Assembly: GCA_040756235.1 (NCBI GenBank)
Contig: JBFLZG010000111.1
Span: 1 to 21,338 of the forward strand
DNA: 21,338 bases
DNA from: a bacterium
GTDB lineage: Bacteria; Desulfobacterota; DSWW01
Direction: 5' to 3'
Made by a program: the position numbers and the translations under genes. Position 1 is the first letter of the stretch. Each line of letters begins with the position of its first letter. Under the pieces are notes generated by a model. It did not search any database. It saw only the letters and a program-made list of their open reading frames with translations, and was not told the DNA's origin. Positions 8,556 through 16,527 of this stretch are shown one piece after another.

Positions 8556-9566
8556 ATGCGAGAAATCCTCTACCTGCAGGCGATCAACGAGGCCCTGGAA
8601 GAAGAGATGCGAAGGGACGAGAAGGTCTTCGTCATCGGCGAAAGCGTCCAGGGCGGCACCTTCAACACCACCATGGGGCTCGTGCAGAAGTTCGGCCCGG
8701 AGAGGGTCATGGACACGCCCATCAGCGAAACGGCCGTGGCGGGCGCGGCGGTCGGCGCCGCCATGGCGGGCTTCCGGCCGGTGGCAGACCTCATGTTCGC
8801 GGATTTCATCTATTGCTGCGCGGACGAGGTCCTCCTGAAGGCGGCGCCCTGGCACTTCCTGCACGGCAGGAAAGTCAACGTCCCCCTCGTGTTCAAGGCG
8901 GCGATCGGAGGCTACGCCAGGCTCTGCAACGAGCACTCGCGCTCCATGGAAGCCATGGTCCTTCACCACCCGGGGCTCAAGCTCGCCCTGCCCTCCAACC
9001 CCCACGACGCCAAGGGGCTCCTCAAGACCGCCATCCGCGACAACAACCCGGTCTGCTACTTCTATCACAAGCAGCTCCTGCCCATGGTGGGAGCGGTGCC
9101 GGAAGAGGAGTACACGATCCCGTTCGGGGTGGCGGAGGTGAAGCGCGAAGGGACCGACGTGACCGTGGTGGCCACTTCTTTCATGGTGCAGGTGGCCCTC
9201 GGGGTCGCCGCAGAGCTGGAAGGGAAGGTGAGCGTGGAGGTCATCGACCCTCGCACCCTGGAGCCTCTGGATCTGGCCACGATCCTGAAGTCGGTCCGCA
9301 AGACCGGACGCGCCGTCATCCTGGACGAGGACACCTTGAGATGCGGGGTGGGGGCCGAGATCGGCATGCAGATCGTCGAGAACGCCTTCGACGCGCTGGA
9401 CGCGCCGGTCAAGCGGCTCGGCGCGGCCAACACGCCGATCCCGGGGGGCGTCCTGGAGCAGTTCTGCCTGCCGCAGCCTCAAGATCTGGCGGACGCGATC
9501 ACGGCCGTCATGGGCCTGGAACGGATCGAGCTGAAGAACAAGACGGCTGGCATCAAGCTGTTCTAG
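8556..9566 (+). CDS. acoB: TPP-dependent dehydrogenase E1 beta subunit (acetoin dehydrogenase-like)
   Basis: RVMDTPISE, MFADF, DAKGLLKTAIRDNNPV, IDPRTLEPLD and LDAPVKRLG. Start MREILY follows the TAAGGAG RBS; the ORF-track N-terminal extension is the MITE. Confidence 0.82.
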   Translation: MREILYLQAINEALEEEMRRDEKVFVIGESVQGGTFNTTMGLVQKFGPERVMDTPISETAVAGAAVGAAMAGFRPVADLMFADFIYCCADEVLLKAAPWHFLHGRKVNVPLVFKAAIGGYARLCNEHSRSMEAMVLHHPGLKLALPSNPHDAKGLLKTAIRDNNPVCYFYHKQLLPMVGAVPEEEYTIPFGVAEVKREGTDVTVVATSFMVQVALGVAAELEGKVSVEVIDPRTLEPLDLATILKSVRKTGRAVILDEDTLRCGVGAEIGMQIVENAFDALDAPVKRLGAANTPIPGGVLEQFCLPQPQDLADAITAVMGLERIELKNKTAGIKLF

Positions 9567-9692
9567 GAGGCTGTCCATAAATGCCCATCTGCTGCGTTGC
9601 GCTCGTCCCTCGTCATTGCGGCGTACTTCTTTGTACGCCTCATTCCTCGGGACTTCGCGCGCCTTGCATCTGGACATTTCTGAACAGCCTCC
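9566..9692. mobile_element. MITE-like element, copy 2 (inverted relative to copy 1)
   Basis: TIRs GGAGGCTGT...ACAGCCTCC and an internal hairpin GGCGTAC-N-GTACGCC. It abuts the E1-beta TAG stop. Confidence 0.78.
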
Positions 9693-9828
9693 GGAAAGGC
9701 TTTAAAGAACCCCTAAGAGGGCGCAAGCAGGAGAGCGCTCCGAGGGTGCAGGTAGAAGACACCACCGGGTCGTTTGCCCCCATATAGCTTTTTTGGCAAG
9801 TGCCTGCCACATCCGGGAGAAATCATCC

Positions 9829-11118
9829 ATGGCCGTCAGCATCCCCATTCCCAAGCTCGGCATGACCATGAAAGAGGCCAAGATCGTGGCCTGGAAGTTC
9901 AACGAAGGAGACCGTGTCGAGGCCGGCCAAGTCGTCCTGCAGATCGAGACGGCCAAGGTGACCTATGACGTGGAGGCCCCGGGCTCGGGCTTCTTGCACA
10001 TCGCCGCCTCGCCCGGGAAGACGCTTCCGATCGGCGCCCCGGCCGGCTTCCTGGCCGAGACCCGCGAGGAGCTCGCTTCCCTGCAGGCACAGGCACCCGC
10101 CGAAGAGGCGGCAGGAGCCGCGCCGCCGGCCGCTGCCGCGGGACAACGCGGAGGGACCGCCGCGGCGTCGGCCGCAGGGCCGGCGGCCGGCGCAAGGGGC
10201 GGCAAGGTGCGGATCTCGCCGCTGGCCAAGAAGCTGGCCGAAGAGCACGGGCTGGACTACACCACGATCGCCGGCACCGGGCCGGAAGGCCGCATTGTCA
10301 AGGAAGACGTAGAGAAGGCGGTGGCCGACCGAGAGGCTGGAAAGGCCGTCGCCGTGGTGCCCGCAGGTCCTGCCCCTGCCCGCGTCGGGGAGGTCCTGGA
10401 TGGCAAGCGCGTCCGCATCCGGCTGCCGCTTCAGGGCATGCGCAGGGCCATCGCGGACCACATGGTTTACAGCCTGCAGGTAGCCGCCCAGCTCACCACG
10501 CTGACCGAGCTGGACATGACCGAGGTCGTCCGGTGGCGCAAGCAGCTCGTGGAGCGGGAGGCCGCGCTCGGCTTCAGGGTCTCGTACACGGACCTTCTGG
10601 TGTACATCCTGGCCCGCGCGCTCAAGGCGGTGCCGATCATGAACTCGAGCCTCGTCGACGGGCAGGTCGTCTTGTGGGAGGACATCCATATCGGCGTGGC
10701 GGTGGCCCTCCAGCTCTCGGAGTACGAGAGCGGCCTGATCGTCCCGGTGGTGAGGAACGCGGACCAGAAGTCTCTGGCCGAGATCAACCGCACCGTTTCG
10801 GCCGTGGTCGAGAAAGCCCGGGCCGGCACGGTGCAGCCGGACGAGGTGACCGGCTCCACCTTCACCCTTACGAACACGGGCGTCTTCGGAAAAGCTTGGG
10901 CCTGGGGAACTCCGATCATCAACCAGCCCGAGTCCGCGATTCTCCAGACCGGCCCGATCGTGGAGCGGCCCGCGGTCGTGGACGGCGGGCTCACGGTCCG
11001 GCCCATGATGCCTGCGAGCCTCACCTTCGACCACCGGGTGCTCGACGGCGCGCCGGTGGCCATGTTCCTCGAGCGGCTTAGGGACCTGATTGAGAACCCG
11101 GCGACCCTGATCGTGTGA
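9829..11118 (+). CDS. acoC: Dihydrolipoamide acyltransferase E2
   Basis: Single lipoyl domain (PKLGMTM...ETAKV), Ala/Pro-rich linker, subunit-binding domain (ISPLAKKLA...GTGPEGRI) and catalytic DHRVLDG. Confidence 0.85.
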   Translation: MAVSIPIPKLGMTMKEAKIVAWKFNEGDRVEAGQVVLQIETAKVTYDVEAPGSGFLHIAASPGKTLPIGAPAGFLAETREELASLQAQAPAEEAAGAAPPAAAAGQRGGTAAASAAGPAAGARGGKVRISPLAKKLAEEHGLDYTTIAGTGPEGRIVKEDVEKAVADREAGKAVAVVPAGPAPARVGEVLDGKRVRIRLPLQGMRRAIADHMVYSLQVAAQLTTLTELDMTEVVRWRKQLVEREAALGFRVSYTDLLVYILARALKAVPIMNSSLVDGQVVLWEDIHIGVAVALQLSEYESGLIVPVVRNADQKSLAEINRTVSAVVEKARAGTVQPDEVTGSTFTLTNTGVFGKAWAWGTPIINQPESAILQTGPIVERPAVVDGGLTVRPMMPASLTFDHRVLDGAPVAMFLERLRDLIENPATLIV

Positions 11119-11154
11119 CACGACGCAAACGCAAGCGATGGTGAGGCAATCTTA

Positions 11155-11299
11155 CCCCTCACCTTGTCCTCTCACACGGGGAGGGCGCCGAAGAATAGAT
11201 TCCCTCTCCCCCGCGCACGGGGGAGAGGGACAGGGTGAGGGGGAACAGAAGCAGATTCACCCCTCATCCTGACCTTCTCCCCTCGCGGAGGGGAGAAGG
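11155..11299. repeat. Three BoxC-like (CCCCTCACC...CTCTCCC..GGGAGAGGG) repeats in alternating orientation
   Basis: Units at about 11155-11185 (+), 11201-11242 (-) and 11260-11299 (+), each with a pyrimidine leader and a purine/pyrimidine hairpin. Confidence 0.8.
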
Positions 11300-11374
11300 T
11301 ACGAAGAAATCGAGACCCTCTCGAGCGAGTTGGTACCCGGACATTCGGAGTCTGATCTGAATCGAGGGGAACAA

Positions 11375-11740
11375 ATGGAACGGAAGCGCTTCATCGTCGA
11401 GCTGGGCACCGGCGTCGACCTCCACGGCGAGGACGTGACCGAGGCGGCCTGCAGGGCCGTCAAGGACGCCATCTCGAGAAACTGTCTTTGCGGGCTTCTT
11501 GAAATCGTCCAGCTCCGGAGCCCGGAAGAGATGGAGGTCGAGGTCCTCGTCGCGGTGCCCAGGCCCGAGCAGGTGGATCTCGACAAGGTCAAGTCCGTGG
11601 TTCCCTTCGGCAGGAAACACGCGACAGCCGTGGCGGGCGGCATGACCGCCCCGGGACTCTGCCTCCCTCAGCTCGCGCCGGACTGCGACCGCATCGTGGT
11701 GGCCAACGCCGCGGTGACGGTGTACGTGCCTTCAACCTGA
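11375..11740 (+). CDS. Lin0512 family protein
   Basis: RFIVELGTGVDLHGEDVTEAACRAVKDAI...PFG...GGM...VANAAVTV family pattern. GAGGGG RBS before ATG 11375. Confidence 0.85.
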   Translation: MERKRFIVELGTGVDLHGEDVTEAACRAVKDAISRNCLCGLLEIVQLRSPEEMEVEVLVAVPRPEQVDLDKVKSVVPFGRKHATAVAGGMTAPGLCLPQLAPDCDRIVVANAAVTVYVPST

Positions 11741-11750
11741 TCCTGAGGCC

Positions 11751-12179
11751 ATGACAAACGAGTACCCGGACAGACCCCGGCTCGCGGTCGGGGGAGTGGT
11801 GATCCGCGGGGACAAGGTGCTGCTGGTGCGCAGAGGGCGTGAACCCGCTCGGGGCGAGTGGGCGATTCCGGGCGGCAGCGTGGAGATCGGGGAAACCCTC
11901 GGGGAAGCGGTCGAGCGCGAGCTGCGGGAAGAGACCGGGATCCAGGCGCAGGCCGGCGACATCTGCCACCTTTTCGAGGCGATCCGCAAGGACGAGACCG
12001 GCCGCGTTCGCTTCCATTACGTCATCGTGGACTTGCTGGCGGAGTACGTGTCGGGCGCGCCCTGCGCGGCCGACGACGCCCGGGAAGCGGCCTGGCTGAG
12101 CGCAGACGACCTCCCGGGGCGGCCGGTGAACCGCAGCACCCTGGAGCTCCTGAAGAAGCTCGGCTTCCTGAAGAGCTGA
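11751..12179 (+). CDS. Nudix hydrolase (ADP-ribose pyrophosphatase-like)
   Basis: Intact Nudix box GGSVEIGETLGEAVERELREETG, plus YPDRP, HYVIVD and DDA. Confidence 0.92.
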   Translation: MTNEYPDRPRLAVGGVVIRGDKVLLVRRGREPARGEWAIPGGSVEIGETLGEAVERELREETGIQAQAGDICHLFEAIRKDETGRVRFHYVIVDLLAEYVSGAPCAADDAREAAWLSADDLPGRPVNRSTLELLKKLGFLKS

Positions 12180-12211
12180 GGAAGAGAGAAGGAGAAGACC
12201 GGCGGCCATGG

Positions 12212-12577
12212 TTGGTGGACACGCCTGCGGCTTTGTCCACCCTACCGCGTGCCGCCATGAGTGCGGTGGGTGTCCCGCGCGAGGAGAGGCGAGGGCGAGT
12301 CGCGGAGGCCGTCCCGAGCTCCGTAGGCCGGTGGAACGCAGGGTTGTTTCTCCAATACCGAAGCCGCCAGGCTCGTGTATCCCGATACACCCGGCCACGG
12401 ACGAGGGACGAAAAAGCCGATCCGCCCGAAGGGCTGCAGTCTCCGACCCATGAGAGGAGAAGGGCCGCAGCGTTCTGAGCCCGAGACGATCGAGGCGGGG
12501 CACCCACCGCACTCGATCTCGCTGCCGGAGGTGTTCCGGCTTTGGTGGACACGCCTTCGGCTTTGTCCACCCTACCG
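12212..12577 (-). repeat. Two direct GTAG-type REP copies (12212-12247 and 12542-12577)
   Basis: Minus strand GGTAGGGTGGACAAAGCCG(C/A)AGGCGTGTCCACCAA. The 36-nt copies differ at one loop base and start 330 bp apart. Confidence 0.85.
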
Positions 12578-12610
12578 GGATGCGCACAGGAGTGCGGAAG
12601 GAGGAAGATC

Positions 12611-13642
12611 ATGAGGCAAGCCGTTCTCGAAGGTCCCCGGCAGTTCACGATCCAGGAAGTGCCCAAACCGGAGGCGGTCTCCGGCAGCATCCTGATCAAG
12701 GTCCGACTCACCTCCATCTGCGGGTCCGACATCCACATCTGGCAGTGGGGGCCAACCCCCCAGGACCCGAAGGCCTTGCGCAGCTTCAACGCGGTCAGCC
12801 AGGCCTTCTTCGGCCTGCCCCCCACCTACATTCTCGGACATCAGATCTGCGGCGAGATCGACGAGGCGGGCCCGGGGGGAGAGGCGTTCCGCAGGGGGCA
12901 GCGGGTGGTGATCCGGGGCGCCGGAGGCTACGCCGATTACGTCTTCGCCGTGGGCATGTTCGGGTACGCCCTGGCCGATATCGTCTACCCCCTGCCCGAT
13001 GAGGTCACGGACCAGCAGGCCGCCATGGTCGAACCCCTGTCCGTGGCGGTCGACGTGGTCCGCAGGTCGGGCATGAAGCTCGGCGACGTGGTGGTCGTCC
13101 AGGGCGCCGGTACGATCGGCCTCTTCGTTCTCCAGTGCGCCAGGGCGGCGGGCGCCGGAAAGGTCTTCGTCACCGAGGTCGCGCCGGTGCGGATGGAGAT
13201 GGCCGGGCGGCTCGGGGCGGATGCGGTCATCAACCCGCGGCAGGAGGATGCCGTGGCGCGGATCCAGGAGCTCACCGGCGGGTTCGGCCCGGACTACGTC
13301 TTCGACTGCGCCGGAAACCCGGACGCCACCCGGACCATGCTCGACATGCTGCCGATCGGAGGCAAAGGCAAGGCCATCATCGTGGCCACCTACGAGAACA
13401 CCTTCGAGATCGATCTGAACCTGTTCATGCTCAAGAACCTCCAGGTGTCCGGGTTCCTCTCGGGTGTCCCCGGCACCTGGGAGCCGCGCTGCGACCCCTT
13501 TAAGATCGCCATCGGTCTCATCCGCAGCGGCAAGGTCAAGATCGATCCCCTGATCACCGCGATCGTGCCCCTGGACAAGATCAACGACGCTTTCGCCGCC
13601 CTTTCGAGGACCGAGGAGATGGCGGTGCTGGTCCAGCCGTAG
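12611..13642 (+). CDS. Zn-dependent MDR alcohol dehydrogenase (butanediol/threonine dehydrogenase-like)
   Basis: ICGSDIH, LGHQICG, EPLSVA, GAGTIG and DCAG. GGAGG RBS before MRQAVL. Confidence 0.88.
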   Translation: MRQAVLEGPRQFTIQEVPKPEAVSGSILIKVRLTSICGSDIHIWQWGPTPQDPKALRSFNAVSQAFFGLPPTYILGHQICGEIDEAGPGGEAFRRGQRVVIRGAGGYADYVFAVGMFGYALADIVYPLPDEVTDQQAAMVEPLSVAVDVVRRSGMKLGDVVVVQGAGTIGLFVLQCARAAGAGKVFVTEVAPVRMEMAGRLGADAVINPRQEDAVARIQELTGGFGPDYVFDCAGNPDATRTMLDMLPIGGKGKAIIVATYENTFEIDLNLFMLKNLQVSGFLSGVPGTWEPRCDPFKIAIGLIRSGKVKIDPLITAIVPLDKINDAFAALSRTEEMAVLVQP

Positions 13643-13660
13643 GTAGATGCGGCGACTGGA

Positions 13661-13722
13661 GGGCGACGCATGCGTCGCCCCTACGAGCCCGAGAAAGAAG
13701 GCGCGGCAAGCAGCGCCCCTAC
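13661..13722 (-). repeat. Two tandem GTAG-type REPs (second family)
   Basis: A perfect 20-bp palindrome GGGCGACGCATGCGTCGCCC followed by CTAC, then GGCGCGGCAAGCAGCGCCCCTAC. Confidence 0.8.
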
Positions 13723-13736
13723 ATGGGAGGATGATC

Positions 13737-14552
13737 ATGCGACTCGAGGACAGGGTGGCCATCGTGACCGGCGGAGGAGGAGGACTGGGTGACGGGATCA
13801 GCCTTCGGCTGGCCCGCGAAGGCGCTCACGTCGTGGTCAGCGATCTCAAACCGGAGCTCGCGGAGAGGGTCGCAGCCAAGGTGAGGCAGACCGGCCGCAA
13901 GTCGATCGCGCTCCGGACCGACGTGCGCAGCCCGGACCAGTGCCAGGCCCTGGTGGAGGCGGCCGTGAGGGAGATGGGCCGCCTGGACATCCTCGTCTGC
14001 AGCGCCGGCGTGGACGGCGTTCCCGCGGACGATTCGAAGGCACTCCCGATCATCGAAAACATCCGGGAGGAAGACTGGGACCTCGTCGTGGACGTGAACC
14101 TGAAGGGCGTCTTCCTGTGCAACCGGGCCGCGGCGCCGGTCTTCAAGAAGCAGAAGAGCGGCAGGATCGTCAACATCTCGTCGGTCGCCGGCCGCCAGGG
14201 AGTCGAGTTCATGGCGCCTTACGCCGCCAGCAAGGCCGGGGTCATCTCCCTGACCCAGGCCGTGGCCCTGCAGCTCGCTCCCTATCACGTGAACGTCAAC
14301 GCGGTCTGCCCCGGGATCATCTGGACTCCCATGTGGGAGCGCATGGCGAGCTACGCGTCGAAAGCCATCCCGGACTTCTCGGGGGTCGCCCCGGAGGACG
14401 TGTTCAGGATGTTCGTGCAGATCATGATCCCTTTCAAGAAGCCGCAGACGGCCGAGGACATCGCCAACGCGGTCGTGTTCCTCGCCTCGGACGAGGCCGC
14501 CGAGATCACCGGGCAGGCGCTGAACGTTTGCGGCGGCATGAAAATGAACTAA
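13737..14552 (+). CDS. Classical SDR oxidoreductase (BudC/ButA acetoin reductase-like)
   Basis: TGGGGGLG, NISS, YAASK and CPGIIWTPMW, with an Asp after beta2 (SDL) suggesting NAD. GGGAGG RBS 6 nt before ATG 13737. Confidence 0.9.
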   Translation: MRLEDRVAIVTGGGGGLGDGISLRLAREGAHVVVSDLKPELAERVAAKVRQTGRKSIALRTDVRSPDQCQALVEAAVREMGRLDILVCSAGVDGVPADDSKALPIIENIREEDWDLVVDVNLKGVFLCNRAAAPVFKKQKSGRIVNISSVAGRQGVEFMAPYAASKAGVISLTQAVALQLAPYHVNVNAVCPGIIWTPMWERMASYASKAIPDFSGVAPEDVFRMFVQIMIPFKKPQTAEDIANAVVFLASDEAAEITGQALNVCGGMKMN

Positions 14553-14580
14553 GTAAGGGCGACCGGCCGATCGCCCCTAC
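14553..14580 (-). repeat. GTAG-type REP
   Basis: GTAAGGGCGACCGGCCGATCGCCCCTAC directly after the SDR stop; same GTAGGGGCG arm as the 13661-13722 copies. Confidence 0.75.
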
Positions 14581-14603
14581 GAAGCAGGGTGCAGGCCAGT
14601 TTC

Positions 14604-14715
14604 CGTCATCCCGGCCCATGTGCGGAGCGCGTGCGAGCCGGGATCCAGAAGTCTGCATCAAGAACAGCTGAATGCGGGGTGCAGGGACTGGATTCCGGCT
14701 TTCGCCGGAATGACG
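14604..14715 (-). repeat. CGTC-type REP doublet, copy B
   Basis: Reverse-complement homologue of 5510-5622 and 16528-16641. Confidence 0.88.
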
Positions 14716-14751
14716 AAAAAGAGCCGCGCAGCTGCAGTTACGAGGCGCTCG

Positions 14752-14856
14752 GTGAGTTTCAAAAGACATTCCTCCTATTTCTTGCTGTTAGTCCTGGCGT
14801 GGTTCTTGATACCTTTCCTCATGATGATCCTCAAGGTGATTTTCTTTGATCGATGA
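14752..14856 (+). CDS. Probable 34-aa single-TM small membrane protein
   Basis: GAGG, 6 nt, GTG start. Product MSFKRHSSYFLLLVLAWFLIPFLMMILKVIFFDR. Confidence 0.5.
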   Translation: MSFKRHSSYFLLLVLAWFLIPFLMMILKVIFFDR

Positions 14857-14921
14857 TCCAGAGCCTGGTGTTTCGGCCCAAATAGGGCTCGCGCATCTCG
14901 GGCTTGAAGCAGGAGAATAAC

Positions 14922-15905
14922 GTGTCGCTCGTGGGCATCATCGCGAATCCCGCTTCCGGGAAGGACATCCGGCGACTCGTCGCATACGGGAGCGTTTTCG
15001 ACAACCAGGAAAAGGTCCGCATCGTCCGGCGGGTTCTGCTCGGGCTGGCCACCATGGGGGTGGAACGGATCTGCTACATGCCGGATTGCTACGGCATCGT
15101 GGAGAGGGCCCTGTCGGAGATCGAGCTGAATGCGGACGTGTTCCCCCTCGACGTCGAGATCCGAGGGGAGCAGGAGGATTCCACCCGGACGGCCCGGGCC
15201 ATGCAGGAACAGGGCGCAGACTGCATCGTGGTGCTGGGCGGGGACGGAACGAACCGGGCGGTCGCCAAGGGAAACGGCGCCGTACCGCTCCTGCCCATCT
15301 CCACCGGAACCAACAACGTGTTTCCGTTCATGGTGGAAGGGACCATCGCGGGCCTCGCAGCGGCCCTGATCGCCCGGGAGCTCGTGCCTGCGGAGGTCTG
15401 CACGTTCCGGTCCACCAAGCTGCTGGTCCTCGTGGACGACGTGCCGGCCGACCTGGCCCTCGTGGACGCCGCCGTCTACGACGACGTCTTCGCGGGGGCC
15501 CGGGCGGTTTGGGACATGAGCAAGGTGCGCCAGATCGTCCTGAACCGGGCCAGCCCGGACAGCATCGGCCTGTCCTCGATCGGCGGCCAGGTCCGCTGCA
15601 TCGGGCCGGACGAGCCCGCGGGGCTCTACCTCGAGCTCGGGGAAGGAGGGCGGCTCGTGGTGGCGGCCGTAGCCCCGGGCGTGATCAAGAGGCTCTACAT
15701 CAAGGGAGAGCGCCTGCTGGAAGAGGGCGAGGAAGTCGCGGTTTCGCTGGCGCCGTGCATACTGGCTCTGGACGGCGAGCGGGAATTCGAGGTGCAGCCG
15801 GGGCTGCGCACGGCGATCCGGCTGGTCCGGGAGGGGCCCTGGGTCGTGGACGTGGGCCGCACCATGCGGGCCGGGATGGAGCGCGGGATCCTGAGCCCGC
15901 CGTAA
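14922..15905 (+). CDS. acoX: AcoX, ATP-NAD kinase-like acetoin catabolism protein
   Basis: VGIIANPASGKDIRRLVA, LGGDGTNR, STGTNNVFP, GLSSIGG and ALDGERE are the AcoX signature. AGGAG RBS before GTG 14922. Confidence 0.9.
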   Translation: MSLVGIIANPASGKDIRRLVAYGSVFDNQEKVRIVRRVLLGLATMGVERICYMPDCYGIVERALSEIELNADVFPLDVEIRGEQEDSTRTARAMQEQGADCIVVLGGDGTNRAVAKGNGAVPLLPISTGTNNVFPFMVEGTIAGLAAALIARELVPAEVCTFRSTKLLVLVDDVPADLALVDAAVYDDVFAGARAVWDMSKVRQIVLNRASPDSIGLSSIGGQVRCIGPDEPAGLYLELGEGGRLVVAAVAPGVIKRLYIKGERLLEEGEEVAVSLAPCILALDGEREFEVQPGLRTAIRLVREGPWVVDVGRTMRAGMERGILSPP

Positions 15906-15948
15906 ATGTCTCAAATAGATAGTGGATGGTGAATCTCGAGGTCGAAAG

Positions 15949-16437
15949 ATGGCCGAGAAGCTGAAAATCCTATTCCTCTGCACCGGGAATTCGTGCCGGA
16001 GCCAGATGGCCGAGGGCTGGACGCGCCGTCTCAAAGGCGAGCTCATCGAGCCTTTCTCGGCAGGCATCGACCCCAGGGGGCTCGATTCCGATGCGGTACG
16101 CGTGATGGCGGAAGCCGGCGTGGACATTTCGGGCCAACCTTCGAAACACGTCGATTCCCTGAAGCACGTCTCCTTCGATCTCGTGGTCACCGTGTGCAGC
16201 CACGCCGGCGAGCACTGCCCGATCTTCCCGGGCCGGACCCCGGTCGTGCACGTCGGGTTCGACGACCCACCGGTCCTGGCCCGGGGCGCCGCGACCGAAG
16301 CAGCGCGTCTCGCACCCTACCGTCGCGTACGGGACGAGATCAAGGCGTTCGTCGAGACGTTGCCCGAGAGGTTTCAGGTGTCAGGTTTCAGGTGTCACGA
16401 AGCGCCCTCCAAATCCACCCAAGACCCCAGCGAGTAA
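15949..16437 (+). CDS. arsC: Thioredoxin-type arsenate reductase (LMW-PTP fold)
   Basis: P-loop CTGNSCRSQMAEG, resolving cysteines in VTVC...HCP, FDDP and RVRDEI. Confidence 0.88.
   Translation: MAEKLKILFLCTGNSCRSQMAEGWTRRLKGELIEPFSAGIDPRGLDSDAVRVMAEAGVDISGQPSKHVDSLKHVSFDLVVTVCSHAGEHCPIFPGRTPVVHVGFDDPPVLARGAATEAARLAPYRRVRDEIKAFVETLPERFQVSGFRCHEAPSKSTQDPSE
16371..16398 (+). repeat. Heptamer tandem repeat (GT[T/G]TCAG)x4 in the arsC 3' tail
   Basis: GTTTCAG GTGTCAG GTTTCAG GTGTCAC. Confidence 0.7.
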
Positions 16438-16527
16438 GAGCTGAAACAGCCTCTGGTTCCAAGGTTCTCGCCGAGACTTTACGCGCTTCACAACCGGGCC
16501 GGGGTGACGAAGACAACCCTTCTCTTC

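Noticed and set aside
9793..9808. sigma54 promoter TTGGCAAGTGCCTGC upstream of E2
   Set aside because: GG to GC spacing is 9 nt rather than the required 10.
12212..12577. 36-nt direct repeats as a possible CRISPR array
   Set aside because: Only two copies about 295 bp apart, GTAG-REP structure and no cas genes.
14560..14572. GACCGGCCGATC as another copy of the putative operator
   Set aside because: It is the centre of a GTAG REP directly after a stop codon, not in a promoter.
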